DNA from: Octopus bimaculoides
Lineage: Eukaryota
Direction: 5' to 3'
Assembly (NCBI RefSeq): GCF_001194135.2
Contig: NC_069003.1
Location: forward strand, 18,797,189 to 18,861,188
DNA: 64,000 nucleotides
A model generated the notes under the pieces. The model searched no databases. It was not told where the DNA came from and saw only the letters and a program-made list of their open reading frames with translations. Below, one piece after another: positions 51,525 through 64,000 of this stretch (positions are counted from its first letter, which is position 1; each line of letters begins with the position of its first letter). The translations under genes were made by a program, and so were the position numbers.

Positions 51525-52120
51525 TTAAAACAAATGGCAAATAAATAATTTCTGCATTTTGTGAACAATTTGATGGTGAGAGTGACAAGGAAGTGTCTGT
51601 GCCCCCAGGCAGATATAAAGTGCTCTACACAGTTTTTTTGTTTGTTGGCTCCAGTTTATGGAGGAGGGTTCTCCCTGGTGTTTTACAATTTTTATCAATA
51701 AACATCAGAAAAAGTTATATATGTACTTACATAGACATAAGTGCTTACATACACATACTCTCATACGCACATACATTTGAAAAGTTAGTTACAAACTAGA
51801 AGTTATTTTGAAAGGGCTTAAGATGATATTATATGTTGAGAATGATACTATCTATTTGACAAAAAGATTATTGACAAGCAATCAAATGTTTTGATCAGAT
51901 AAGCTTTTGAAATGTTTTTTATTTTAAAAACTCTTAGTGAAAAATTTAACCATATGTAATGCATCAGTCAAGAAATTTATATATATATAAATATATTCAT
52001 CTACCTCATGCTAGCATGGACAAATGGATGTAAAAATGAAAAAAGAGTAATAATAATACTTGTATATGTTGATGCTGTTTCATTTCTATTTAACATCCAT
52101 TTTTCATTGCTGGTAAGGGT

Positions 52121-52908
52121 GTGATAAATTCCTTTCACATCAATGAAATAAATCAGCATTGTCTTGACATTGGCCTTCACTTGACGTACTTTTTTGGGGG
52201 TGTGGTGATATTGAATGCCTCCATTGATTCAATTGCTGTTTCGTTTGTAGGTCGTAGCCGTAGCACCAGCTTTTGTCACTAGTGATGACCCTTTGGAAAA
52301 AGGTTCTGATCAACTTCCAACTGTTCTTTCAGTTCATGACACACATTCAGCTGTGACTGCTTCTTCCATGAGCAAGTGAGACACAAATTTTGCTGCCACT
52401 CTTTTCATTCTCAATTCATCGCTCAGAATTCATTGGAAGGAGCTTCAGGATACATCAGTCATATCAACAAGATCGTCGATTGTTCGTTGATGATCCTCCA
52501 AAATCAGCTCATGGATTTTCGTGATGTTTTTTTCATTCATTCAGGAGCTTGATAGTCACCCTGAACAAGGTTGATTTTCAAGCGACAAGTGACCATTCCT
52601 AAAACATGGAAGCCACTTGTAAACTTGTGTTTTGCTCATGGCAGCATCCTTGTATTTCAGGCATGACAGCTGTTTCGGCCAACGTTTTCCCCAGCAGAAA
52701 ACAGAATTTCATGGAAGCATGCTGTTCCTTCATTTAAGCCATTGCAAAAATCGATGAATAGGAGAGAAGCACTGCAAAACAAAGACACACCACATGGCAG
52801 TATGACTTCACTTGACAGACTGATGCCTGAGGGCCACATCAAGTGGAGGCCGAACCACAACGGGCTTGTCCTAAAAGAACATTTCCAGTTACCTTTGGAT
52901 ACTCGTTA
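52121..52908 (-). mobile_element. Truncated second copy of the 8579-9892 mariner family
   Basis: Collinear with about 9078-9892, including the TIR end. Confidence 0.85.
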
Positions 52909-53924
52909 TATATATATATATATATATATGCACACACACACACACACACACCCACACACACACACACACATATATATATACACGTGTTGTGAACTTCTGT
53001 ACAGTTTCCATCTTCCAAATCCCTCTCAGAAGGTATTGATCAACCTAATGTTATGGTTGAAGATGCATATATACTCAGTGTTTGTGCAGTGTGATTGAAC
53101 TGTGGAACCACTTCCTTGCTAAAGGAACTTCTTAAGATCACAGTGATGCATGCGTCCACCCTCTCCAATACCAAAACATTCTGCTCTGCCCTATCACTCC
53201 CACACCCATTAGAATTGCTGCATTTTGGGCACGGTTGGGAGTCAGATATTTCTTGGGCAAAAGTATCTCAAAAACTTGTCAACTAAGTTGTGTACAGAAG
53301 TTGTTGCAAAGAGGTGGACAAATAATTTTTATTTGCTCTTATCTCTCTCTCTCCACTCTGGTCACCTCTTACTTACACTTGTTGCTCTGGCTGATGTTAG
53401 ATAACTCATATTCTGTTTATTTCTATTTATTTTCTGAAATACCAACATGTTTCTTGGCATCAGTCATTTCATTCCTCCAGCTATCCCACTCCAAATACCA
53501 GCATGTTTTTCTCTCTGTCTCTGCTCTATTCCTGCCTGCTCCTCCCTTGAAGCTTTCAATTCTTTTTTTTTTTTTTTATATGTGCTATAAAAATATTTGA
53601 ATTTAAAGTTTAAAAGCAAAAAAAAAAAAAAGAGACTGAAAAAATATCTACAGGGAGAAAATATTCTTCTCTACTCCAAAGTGAAGAGTCTTTGCTTCTA
53701 ATCCAGCCTTTTACAACTGAGATCTAAGGTTAATCATGTAAGATTGATTGAAGGAGAGAGAGAGAGTGGGGGTGGAGATGTAACAATGTTTGAGAGTTGC
53801 TAGTCATCCATTTAACAAGCTCAGATATCAGTTAGGAGGAAATAGTCTGTTAATTGTGGTACATGCGTAGGCAGGCAGGCAGGTAGCAGCCATTCCAGTC
53901 AAATACTTACTCATGAGCACACCA

Positions 53925-54350
53925 AGAGAGCATCCACAGGGTTCTCAACCTGCTAGAAATACTAAGCAAATCTCCCTTAAATCACACTCTACTCCTTTGA
54001 AAAAAACGAATGATCCAAGGGTAACCAAAAATATGCAAAGACCTCAGTATGAGCCATAAGGCTGGAATAACTTTGATCATAAGACTGCTTATTCAGAAAT
54101 GATCTAGTATTAAACAATGGCAACAATGACTATCACTGATTCAATAGATGAGCCTCCATGCAGTGACTTGATCTGCTAGAAATAGCAACCAAATCTCCAT
54201 TATATTCTGCTATCTTCAAAAAATGGAAGGACACATTGGATAATAATATGGTTCTAAAGAACACTGTCTTAAATGATGGAATGATCATAGACAGACTGCT
54301 TTTAGATCATAAGCATGTTGGATTAAGGTTGATCTGGGGCTATACAATAA
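53925..54350 (+). repeat. Two tandem copies of an unclassified interspersed repeat of about 200 bp
   Basis: Motif ctgctagaaatagcaNccaaatctcc...gatcataNNNctgNNtgatcagg; also at about 1790-2120, 36400-36600 and 62940-63260. Confidence 0.6.
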
Positions 54351-54589
54351 CAGTAAACGCATCACACCAGACATTATTTTTCCCATGTATTCAACTAAGT
54401 ACACCCTAAATCTAAGAAAAACTGCATCATATCACTGAATTTTCTTGAGCAACTCCTAAATATTGGTGGATGCTCTCAGCTGTAGCTTGGATGTTGGACA
54501 TTGTCAACTGCTGCTCTGTTAGTTGACACCGTTGACTGCAGTTGTAACAATGGACACCATTAACAGGTGGTGGAAGTCTACAATTGTGG

Positions 54590-54950
54590 CTCTGATGGGG
54601 AAGCTTTGCTAGTATATATCATCAAAAGAAACTTTGTTAATTGATACCATCAAATGAGACTCTGCTAGTGGATACCATCAAAAGAAGGTTTTCTAAGGGA
54701 CACTTGTCAACTGCTCATGGATATCTTCTGTTAATTGTATGTGTGTCAATAAATGTTTCCTGTGAACTGCAAATTAGACCAATAGCTGCCTTCTGTCAAA
54801 TGTAGCTCTGCCAGTGGATGCTCGCCACTAAATGCAGGTTTGCCGATAAAGGCTTACCTCTAGCTGCTGATCTGCTAGTGGAGACTATAAATTGAGGCTT
54901 TTTAAATAAAAGCAGTCAACTAAGACTCTGGTGGTGGATGCTATCAATTT
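54590..54950. repeat. Degenerate minisatellite, unit about 27-28 bp
   Basis: Recurring CTCTGCTAGTGGATRCYATCAA-like units. Confidence 0.6.
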
Positions 54951-55879
54951 CATTCTGGTGCAGTAGATGATAAATGTTATTAGTCAATGGTCATCTTCCT
55001 CTTTTCTTTTGAACCCTTTAGCATTTAAATTGGTAATATCCAGCCCAAATATTCTCACTGTTTTATGTTTAGACCAGCCAGATCTGGCCTCTCACATCTA
55101 ATCTACAATGTCATTCTAAAAATATACAACCAGACGCAGGGGTGGTTGTGTGGTAAGTAGCTTGCTTACCAACCACATGGTTCCNNNNNNNNNNNNNNNN
55201 NNNNNNNNNNNNNNNNNNNNNNNNNNNNNNNNNNNNNNNNNNNNNNNNNNNNNNNNNNNNNNNNNNNNNNNNNNNNNNNNNNNNAATATGGTGTGATTTG
55301 AAGGATATTTAGCTGTTACTTCCAGCAGTTCAAGCAACTGCTCGGAGGAGACCTCATTGGTTTAGTTAGAGAGAGAAAGGTGGAGAGACAGACAGACAGA
55401 CTTGTGTTAGAAAAAACTAGAAATACTACTAAGTATAGTGTGGATAATTAACCAAGTTCTGAAAATAGTTGCTAAATGAAGCAGTGTGATTTTAATGTAG
55501 AGCTTTCTTCTGGTCCAGAATGTATTGGCTGCTATTTCTGGAAGGTCAAAACTCTTGTTGGCTTTGTTGCTGGCCTGCTTGTTGCTGCTACTCCTTTTGT
55601 TGTTAGTCCCAAGGTGGCCCAGATTCAGCAAATTTATGATAAAAAAGGCATTTCAGCTATGACCAACCTGTCTTTTTTCTTCTCTCGAGAATCATGTATC
55701 TAATGCTGTTATTTAGTATAGCATTCTCATCTTTTTTTTAACCCTTTCTGTCAAAATACATCCTTTGTCTTGCATGCTAGTTCTAGCTTTTATATACTCA
55801 TTACTCTAAATTTCCTCAACATTTTTTTATTGAATGCCCTTTTGTGAAATATAACTTGGAGGCAAACTCCATAGGAATT

Positions 55880-56094
55880 TGTGTTACACTCCAGGAATAT
55901 ACACAAAGGCATTTCAATTAATCTCAAAAATATTGAAGAATTTAATAAAATAATTTCATCATTATTAAGCTGGTGTTTGGAACATCAATTAACATGCAGT
56001 TTTAATGGTAAATTTTAGTTTAGATCACTATAAAACAGAAAGTTTATATCATTAAACCCGAAGTGGTCTTGGGCAGGTTGGTATAAAAAGTGTT
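55880..56094. mobile_element. piggyBac-type MITE M2
   Basis: attattaagctggtgtttggaac...tagatcact...ggttggtataaaaagtgtt. Confidence 0.75.
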
Positions 56095-56744
56095 GTGAGT
56101 TTAGGAAAATTTGGTTGTTGTTTCTAGCAGATTGAATCATCAGGTAGATGCATCATGCAGTGTTTCAGTTTCGCTGGTTACTTGCCTCTTCACCTCCATA
56201 GTGAGTTCCCACTTTCTTTTGGAAAGTGATGGTTAGTTAAGTTTTGACAGAAGGTAATATTTGGAGTAAACCTGGACAGGAGTCTCTGTGCTTCCCTAAC
56301 ATAAAGAAAAATCAATTTTTTAAAAACCTTTGATGGCTTTAGCTTGTTCCATAAGAATTCTTGTACTTTGAGAAAGTAAAGTGGCAGAGAAAAAAAATAG
56401 ATAAAAAATAAAGACTAGCTGTGAGATGGCATAGATTTATCTTGACCACCTTAAGTTCTTTAGTCTGATTTTGTGTTCCACCAAAGTTTAATTCTTTAAG
56501 AACACACACCAGGCAATGTTGCTAAGGATTTGGTGAGAAATACTATACATAGATAGATACATACATACATGCATGCATGTATGTTGTTGAAAATGCACTT
56601 AAGTTTCAAAAGCTCATAAATGTTTAAAATACATTTATTTACATATATACCATATATAGGAAGATTGTTACTAAAAATTTTGTTGGTTTTTTTTTTTTCC
56701 GTTGAAATTGAGTCTTTTTTCTTTTCTTTATAATGCTTTTTCTT

Positions 56745-57170
56745 CTTTCTAAAGGATATACAGCTGTAGTTTATATTTTTTAATCAGTATGTTTTCCGTA
56801 TTTAAATGGAATTGGGTTGAAGTGTTTCCAGTGCATTGATAGAGAGGGAAGATTTGGTCTTGGTGCTGGCTAACGGGGATTTTTCTAGTGGTGAGGTCCT
56901 GGATTTGTTGTCTGTGCACCATAAGTCTATCCCTCATAGTTAAGCTTGTTTGACCAATGTAGTCTCCACCACAACCTCCACATTTAAGAACATAGATTAA
57001 GTTCTTCAAAGCACAGGTGAAGTCATATTTTATGGTAAAAGTTTGACCCGACTTAAATTTCTATGTTGAGCCCTCTAAGAGAAAGGTGCAAGTTCCGCAG
57101 TTAGGCGGTTACATCTTTTTGACTTGTGGGGTTGTATTTTTGGTGGGTAATTTGGCGCTGGCGAGTAATT
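56745..57170 (-). mobile_element. Penelope-like element C-terminal remnant (second family, CxxC-containing GIY-YIG)
   Basis: PNCGTC..LLEG..KFKSGQTFTIKYDFTCALKNLIYVLKCGGCGGDYIGQTS...R..VHRQQI...E..LIKKYK. Confidence 0.85.
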
Positions 57171-58071
57171 TTAGCATTATCGTGATGGAAGATGACACCC
57201 TTTCTGTTAACCAAAGATGCTCACTTTTAGCTCAGAACTGTTTTCAAGCGACAAAGTTGCTCACATCAAAGTTTAGCATTAATTGTTTGGTTGTTGTCCA
57301 ACAGTTCATAGTGAATTACTCCTCTAATATCCCACCATACACTCAACATGAACTTATTTGGATGAAGTCCTGCTCTCAGTTGTTGAATGGACGTCCTCCT
57401 TGACTAATCCAAGAACGGCAGCATTTAACATTATGGTAAAGAATCCACTTCCCATCACCTGTAACAAGCCTGTCTAAAAATGTTGCTTGAAAGTGTTGCG
57501 AAAGCAATGTTTGACAACAAGCAGCACACTGTTGTTGATTCTCTAGAGACAGCTCATGAGGAACCCATTTTCCAGCCACTGAAACCTTTAGCTGGCGTAC
57601 CACGGTTGTATGGGCCACGTTTAACTATTCTGCAAATTCCTTAGTGGTAATGGTAGAGTTCTCTGAAACAAGGGCTTCCAACATTTTGGAATCAAGTTTT
57701 TTTGGACAACCCTCTTTTGCCTCTTCTTTCAAAGTGAAATCACCACTTTGGAAACGGGAAAACCACCTCCTGCAACTTCTTTCATTCACTACATCATCCC
57801 CATAAGTGCTCTGAATAGATCTTGCTGCTGCACTTGCATTAAAACCTTTATGAAACTCATAGAGTAAAACATTTCTTATGTGATCTTTAGGTGGGACAAA
57901 CATAGTGGTAAAATTTTCTGAGAATAATGGCCAGAAGTTAGATAATCTGAAAGAAAATAGTATAAATTAGACACAGAGATATCTTAAAACGATAAAAGAG
58001 GTTTAAAAATTGATAAAATGACTTTGGAACATTTTTCTAGAAATTGGACATTACTTTTGCACCAACCTGAT
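57170..58071 (-). mobile_element. Mariner transposon, 3'-truncated
   Basis: TIR TCAGGTTGGTGCAAAAGTAA; HTH region (HIRNVLLYEFHKG...RRWFSRF), WVPHEL, LVTGDGKW, MLSVWWDIRGVIHYELL, HHDNA. Confidence 0.92.
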
Positions 58072-58889
58072 ATACATTTATTTATATGTGTGTGTGTGTA
58101 NNNNNNNNNNNNNNNNNNNNNNNNNNNNNNNNNNNNNNNNNNNNNNNNNNNNNNNNNNNNNNNNNNNNNNNNNNNNNNNNNNNNNNNNNNNNNNNNNNNN
58201 NNNNNNNNNNNNNNNNNNNNNNNNNNNNNNNNNNNNNNNNNNNNNNNNNNNNNNNNNNNNNNNNNNNNNNNNNNNNNNNNNNNNNNNNNNNNNNNNNNNN
58301 NNNNNNNNNNNNNNNNNNNNNNNNNNNNNNNNNNNNNNNNNNNNNNNNNNNNNNNNNNNNNNNNNNNNNNNNNNNNNNNNNNNNNNNNNNNNNNNNNNNN
58401 NNNNNNNNNNNNNNNNNNNNNNNNNNNNNNNNNNNNNNNNNNNNNNNNNNNNNNNNNNNNNNNNNNNNNNNNNNNNNNNNNNNNNNNNNNNNNNNNNNNN
58501 NNNNNNNNNNNNNNNNNNNNNNNNNNNNNNNNNNNNNNNNNNNNNNNNNNNNNNNNNNNNNNNNNNNNNNNNNNNNNNNNNNNNNNNNNNNNNNNNNNNN
58601 NNNNNNNNNNNNNNNNNNNNNNNNNNNNNNNNNNNNNNNNNNNNNNNNNNNNNNNNNNNNNNNNNNNNNNNNNNNNNNNNNNNNNNNNNNNNNNNNNNNN
58701 NNNNNNNNNNNNNNNNNNNNNNNNNNNNNNNNNNNNNNNNNNNNNNNNNNNNNNNNNNNNNNNNNNNNNNNNNNNNNNNNNNNNNNNNNNNNNNNNNNNN
58801 NNNNNNNNNNNNNNNNNNNNNNNNNNNNNNNNNNNNNNNNNNNNNNNNNNNNNNNNNNNNNNNNNNNNNNNNNNNNNNNNNNNNNNNNN

Positions 58890-59745
58890 CTGCATCCAAG
58901 AAGTAAGATGGAGAGGAGGTTCCACTAGGTTCCTCACAGGCAAAGAACACAGGTATAAGATTTTTGGGGCAGGGAACACTGACAGGGTTGGGGTTGTGGG
59001 TATACTTCTTGTGGAGAAATGGGCTGATAAGGTAATCGAGGTAGTCAGAGTATGTGACAGAATACTTAAGATTAGATTAGTGCTTCATTATAGGTTAGCA
59101 ACCATTATCTCGGCCTATGTCCCTCAACTGGGGCTGCCTGATGTGCAGAAAGACCGATTTTATGACACCCTCTTGCAGACTACCTCGTTGACGAATGACA
59201 GGGACCTTCTCTTTGTGGCTGGGGACTTCCATGGACATGTTGGACAATATGCAGGGAGCTTCCATGGCGTACATGGAGGCTTTGGCTTTGATTCCAGCAA
59301 CGAGGAGGGAACTAGATTGCTGGAGTTCTGCAATACTAACTTCAGGAAACCTGCCAGTCACCTAGTTACCACCTACCGTTCTGGCAGGCACACTAGCCAA
59401 ATTGACTACATCCTCGCCAGAAAAAGGGAAAGAGGGCTGCTTATAAATGCCAAAACCTTCCCAGGCGAAGAATGTACCCCTCAACATAGACTAGTAGTTA
59501 GCGACTTTGGGATCAGGGCTAAATGGATGCCCAGAAGACGACCAGCATGGAAGAGAAGGGTCTGGAAGCTTAAAGATCCTGCAAACGGACAGAGATTTAG
59601 AGACATATTACTCGAAGCCTTTCATGAAATAGAAGAGGATATAGCATCAAATGATGTAGAAGACAACTGGAGGTTTCTACAGGACAACCTGCTGAGAGCC
59701 ACTGACCTGATCTGTGGATGGTGCAAAGTCCCCTCTCAACCCAAG
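58890..59745 (+). mobile_element. RTE LINE apurinic-endonuclease region, open for about 280 codons
   Basis: IQEVRWRG...GVGILL...IISAYVPQ...AGDFHGHVG...NTNFRK...SQIDYIL...QHRLV; starts in an N-gap. Confidence 0.92.
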
Positions 59746-60116
59746 GAAAATGTCATCTACTATAACCTTTGGCCAACCAAAGCCCTGTGAGTGGATTTGG
59801 TAGACAGAAACTGAAAGAAGCCCATCGTATATGTACATATCTATGTGTGTGTGTCTTTGTGTCTGTTTTTTCTCCCATCATTGCTTGACAGCTGATGTTA
59901 TATCCTTATAACTTAGTGATTTAGCAAAAAGAGACCAATTGAATGAGTACTAGGCTTAGAAAGAATAAGTCCTGGGGTCAATTTCTTTGACTAAAAAACC
60001 TGCATTCAAAATGACTGAAACAAGTAAAAGAATAAAAGAATATACAGAAGTAAGCACATAAATGCAAAACAAGGTGGAAAAAATAGTAATTGAACACTAA
60101 AGACAGAGTAATATGC

Positions 60117-60273
60117 TTTTTATTAAAGCTGGAAGAATTTTCACTAACTGTTACTCAGAGTTTCACATCACTGTTTATCAAACAGTTGTGATCATACTCT
60201 CTGTACAATCAAAACAATCTGATGAACTTGAAACTGAGTGACAGTTTGTGAAGATTTTTCAGCTTTAATAAAA
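60117..60273. mobile_element. Inverted pair of decayed hammerhead-bearing repeats
   Basis: Arms 60117-60165 / 60229-60273; hammerhead remnants on both strands. Confidence 0.6.
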
Positions 60274-60774
60274 CGTATATATATATATATAGATTACAAG
60301 AATAATCTCTACACCACATAATATAAATATTAATGAAAAAAAAAAGCATGATTAACAGTATTAAGCATTTTAATTTTTTAGTTTTTTTCAGTATTCACAC
60401 ACTTTCTAAATTACATAATTGTCAAAAGGCTATTTAACGAAGTGCCATGCTGTATTTAGTTACATATCTTCCTCTGAGTTCTGAGTTCCAAGTTCTTATC
60501 TTTGGCAGTCAACTTAAACTGCGGTTGGTTAGTTTACTCACTTATAATGAGCCCTCTCTCTCTCTTCCACTTCTCTACATATTTGTGGTCTTGTATCAAT
60601 AATCCAAGAAACCATTATTATTCCATTCTAAGAATCATGTGTTTATTGCATCAGATTATATAATAAGTTAATTAGTTTCATATTTTATACTCATTAAAAG
60701 TTATATTAATTACTTCAGAACTGTTTTCACAAACATTTCTATAAAAGGAAAGAAATGTTTTTTGATATATTAGG

Positions 60775-61100
60775 TGCAGTCATGGTTGCGTGGTAAGAAG
60801 TTTGCTTCCTAACCACATGGTTTTTGGTTCAGTCCCACTACGTGACACTTTGGGTGTCTTCAAAATATTACCCCAGGCCAACCAAAAATTATGTGAGTAC
60901 ATTTGGTTGATGGAAACTAAAAGATGCCTGTTTTGTGTGTGTGTGTGTGTGTCTTTGTGTTTGTCCCACACCACTGCTTGACAACTGGTATTAGTTTGTT
61001 TACATCCCCACAACTTAGCGGTTTGGCAAAAAAGAACAAACCCCTCAAGACAGTGCCCTAGCATAGCTGCTGCCCAATGACTAAAACAAGTAAAAAATGT
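60775..61100 (+). mobile_element. SINE family A, full length
   Basis: Head, (TG)n and 3' module ending gactaaaacaagtaaaaa. Confidence 0.85.
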
Positions 61101-63319
61101 TTTAAAACTAGTAATGGCAAGGACCGATCAGAGGATGTTGAGCCTCATGGAGGAAATGACAATGGACCAAGATGTCTGGCGATATGAGGTTCTTGAAAAG
61201 ACCCACCCATGTCAGTGAAACTGAGTTCTAGAAGTGGTGTGTGCCCCACCCACACTTAACAAGAAAATTTCTCACACACTATACCACAACAAACCAAACT
61301 ACATCTCTACATCTGCACTATGCTTACTTCTCACTCCCCAATCCTATCCTCTAAGCCCTATCTCACTGTATCATTGCTATCCACTAGCCCCACTGACCTG
61401 TGTGTTTCACCCACACACCCTGTCTCATGCTAGCCCCCCCCCCCCAATCTGTGTGTTCCATCCACACGCCCTGTCTCGCTGTATCATTGCTNNNNNNNNN
61501 NNNNNNNNNNNNNNNNNNNNNNNNNNNNNNNNNNNNNNNNNNNNNNNNNNNNNNNNNNNNNNTCACACACCCTACCCGAACAAACCAATCTACATCTCTT
61601 CTCTTCCTCACATTTCCTCCTTCATACACTATGCCTACCTCACTCCCCAAATCCTGTCCTCACAGCCCTGTTTCTCTGTATCTTTGCTATCCAGTAGCTT
61701 CCTCACTCTATATATACCCAGGTTTTCGCCACTCACTTCACACCCACCTCTCCACACTCTAATCGCACTTCTTTTGCAATATCCTACCACTTATATTATG
61801 CCGTTTGAACCTCAAGGGTATGCCCTGGTACTTGCCACCATCTATATCTCTCTCTCTACTCAACCATCCCATTCATATTCTGATCCCTCTTCCTTGTGAG
61901 TATGCCTGGTACTTTGCCATCATCTCTGTCCTGCTGTCTACCATTCTCTCTCTCTCTCTCCTTCTCCTGCCTATCCCTTAAGTTGGGTAACCATGTATCT
62001 TCTTTGTGGCAGCACACCTGTTTCTGTCTTCATTCCTGATCTCTCTCTCTCTCTGGCTGAGTAACCTTGTACCTCGTCTACAGCAAGACACCTGTTTCCT
62101 CTCTCACTATAACCTTATATCTTCTGACACAAGATCACCTCCTCCAATGCCCTCTCCCTTCTCAAAAGATTTTTTCTTCTTCTTGTAAGTACTTGGTGAG
62201 CCTGTCAGTGCATTTGGAAGGGCATCCAACTGTAAAAAAACCTTGCCAAAGCTGACCTCACCTATGCTTGTGCTACATAAAAAAGCACTAAGTCCACTCT
62301 GCTGAGTGGTGGGTGTTAGGAAGGGCATCCAGGTGTAAACATCCTACCAAAACAGTCACAGAAGTCTGTTGCAGGCTTCTGCCTGGCTGGCTCCTGTCAA
62401 ACCATCCCACTCATGCCAGCATGGAAGGTGGACATTAAACAATGATGTTGATGATGATGATGCATTCATAATTTCAACATCGTTGTTGTCATTGTTGCTA
62501 TTGTTTTAATGTCTACTTTTCTGTGCTTGCCATGGATCAGGCAGGATTCATTGAGGCAGATTGCTACAGCTGTACATTGTTCCTATCACCAACCCTCACT
62601 TCCTCTCTAGCAAGGTAATATTTTCCCCTAGTCCAGATATGTTTTCATGGGAGATTTCAAATATGCAACACTGCTTGTATGATGGTGATGTTTGTTTATA
62701 ATTAGAGTTTGATCTCAAGAGTAGGAGTCAACCACACAAGCATCCAATGGGTTTTCTTTTCAGTTTCTCTTCTGCCTAATTCACTTGCAAGGCTTTGGTC
62801 AGTCTGGAGCTATAAAAGAAGATACTTGTCCAGGGGACTGAACCTGAGACCAGGTGGTTATGAAGCAAACTTAACCACACAGCCTTCTCTACTTGTTGTT
62901 ATTGGCTCAAGCATTTAGTTTTCCTGTTAAATAACTTAAGTTCTTTTTGTTTAACCCCAGGTCAATTCTGCAGATCTATGTTTAAAGAGATTCCAACCCA
63001 TGGCCACCTCATCTTTTTCTCAGGCATAGTGTATAATGAGCCAACAAGGAAACCTCTATGTGGTTGCTATGCCTAGTAGAAATAGCATCCAAATTCCTTT
63101 GAAACCACATCTTAGCCTAAAAAAAAACAAAAAACAAAAAGGATACTGAGTATTATAGTCATAGATACATTGTTTGAAAATAAGCTGGAACGGTCATGAC
63201 TGAAGTAGTGTGATGATAGGCCAGCTTGTTTTGAGCTGATCTAGAACTAAACAACAAACACCACCACTACCTTAGCTAACAGCCCACTGGGTTGTTTTGT
63301 CTTGAGTTGCCATGTAGAG

Positions 63320-63420
63320 CAGTAGTTCTCAACCAAGGTCTATATAAGATTTTGGGGGGTTCTACAGAAAAAAATAGTAACCAAAGAGGTCCTTAGATGA
63401 AATATGGTTGAGAACCCCTG
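63320..63420. mobile_element. Short hAT MITE
   Basis: CAGTAGTTCTCAACC ... GGTTGAGAACCCCTG; 8-bp flanks ATGTAGAG / GTGTAGAG. Confidence 0.85.
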
Positions 63421-63428
63421 GTGTAGAG

Positions 63429-63841
63429 CAATGGTTCTGAACCAGGGTCCACATGACTTCTTGGTGGTGGTGGGGGGTCATATAATAATAATTTTTTTAG
63501 TGGTGGTGGTCCATACAAGCAAAACAGTAAGTTGGTGGTCAACAATGATATTTTAGGGGTTAATAAAAAAAAAACTTTGCTTTATGTATATTTATTGTGA
63601 GAAAAAACTAGGTTTCTTTGTCTAACGCTTAACATAGTTCAACATATTTCCAGCCACTGAAATGTGTTTTCGCAGAGAAGGTTATTACAAACCTACACAA
63701 GTGAACGGGTTTAAAACAAAATAGGAATTTTGAAAGAAGCATCTCTAAAACTAGTTTTTAAACATGGAATGGCTATGGGGTTCCACCAAAGTAAAATAGT
63801 AATTAAAGGAGTCTAAAAAAAAAAAAGGTTGAGAACCATTG
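63429..63841. mobile_element. Long hAT MITE
   Basis: CAATGGTTCTGAACC ... GGTTGAGAACCATTG; flanks GTGTAGAG / ATACAGAG. Confidence 0.85.
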
Positions 63842-64000
63842 ATACAGAGGCTTATCCCTGTGTGTGATACCAGTAGATAGATATACATGAATAAATAATG
63901 ATTATAAACATTTGCTATGAATGAATACTCAGTATCATATCATACAGACTTTAGATTGGCTGGTAAGAACACAAAATATTAAAGTTATTAACCCCAGTTC

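Noticed and set aside
54590-54950. Repeat-spacer appearance suggesting CRISPR
   Set aside because: Repeats are degenerate, spacing is irregular, there are no cas genes, and the context is eukaryotic.
58018-59790. 590-aa ORF
   Set aside because: About half is N-gap; the real part is an RTE endonuclease fragment, not a host gene.

Overview
AT-rich eukaryotic non-coding DNA from a gapped draft assembly (about ten N-runs). The repeat families point to an octopod cephalopod genome; this is inference from the tRNA-derived SINEs, (GAT)n-tailed RTE retroposons and abundant (TA)n/(CA)n/(CT)n tracts. I find no intact host gene. Every recognisable ORF is a decayed transposon remnant: RTE LINE endonuclease and reverse transcriptase pieces, mariner (DD34D-type) and maT (DD37D-type) transposases, and two different Penelope-like (PLE) GIY-YIG endonuclease fragments. 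Dozens of SINEs and MITEs (piggyBac-type TTAA, hAT-type, one Merlin-like) are often nested in one another. The most interesting signal, not shown by the ORF track, is a set of type I hammerhead ribozyme motifs. Three have a complete catalytic core (25847-25889, 33209-33253, 44001-44043), one is near-intact (17966-18000) and two form a decayed inverted pair (about 60147-60245). They sit in short non-coding, often fold-back, elements beside microsatellites, in the same window as the PLE ORF remnants. This suggests several families of non-autonomous PLE/retrozyme-like elements. All coordinates were counted by hand, and repeat boundaries are approximate.
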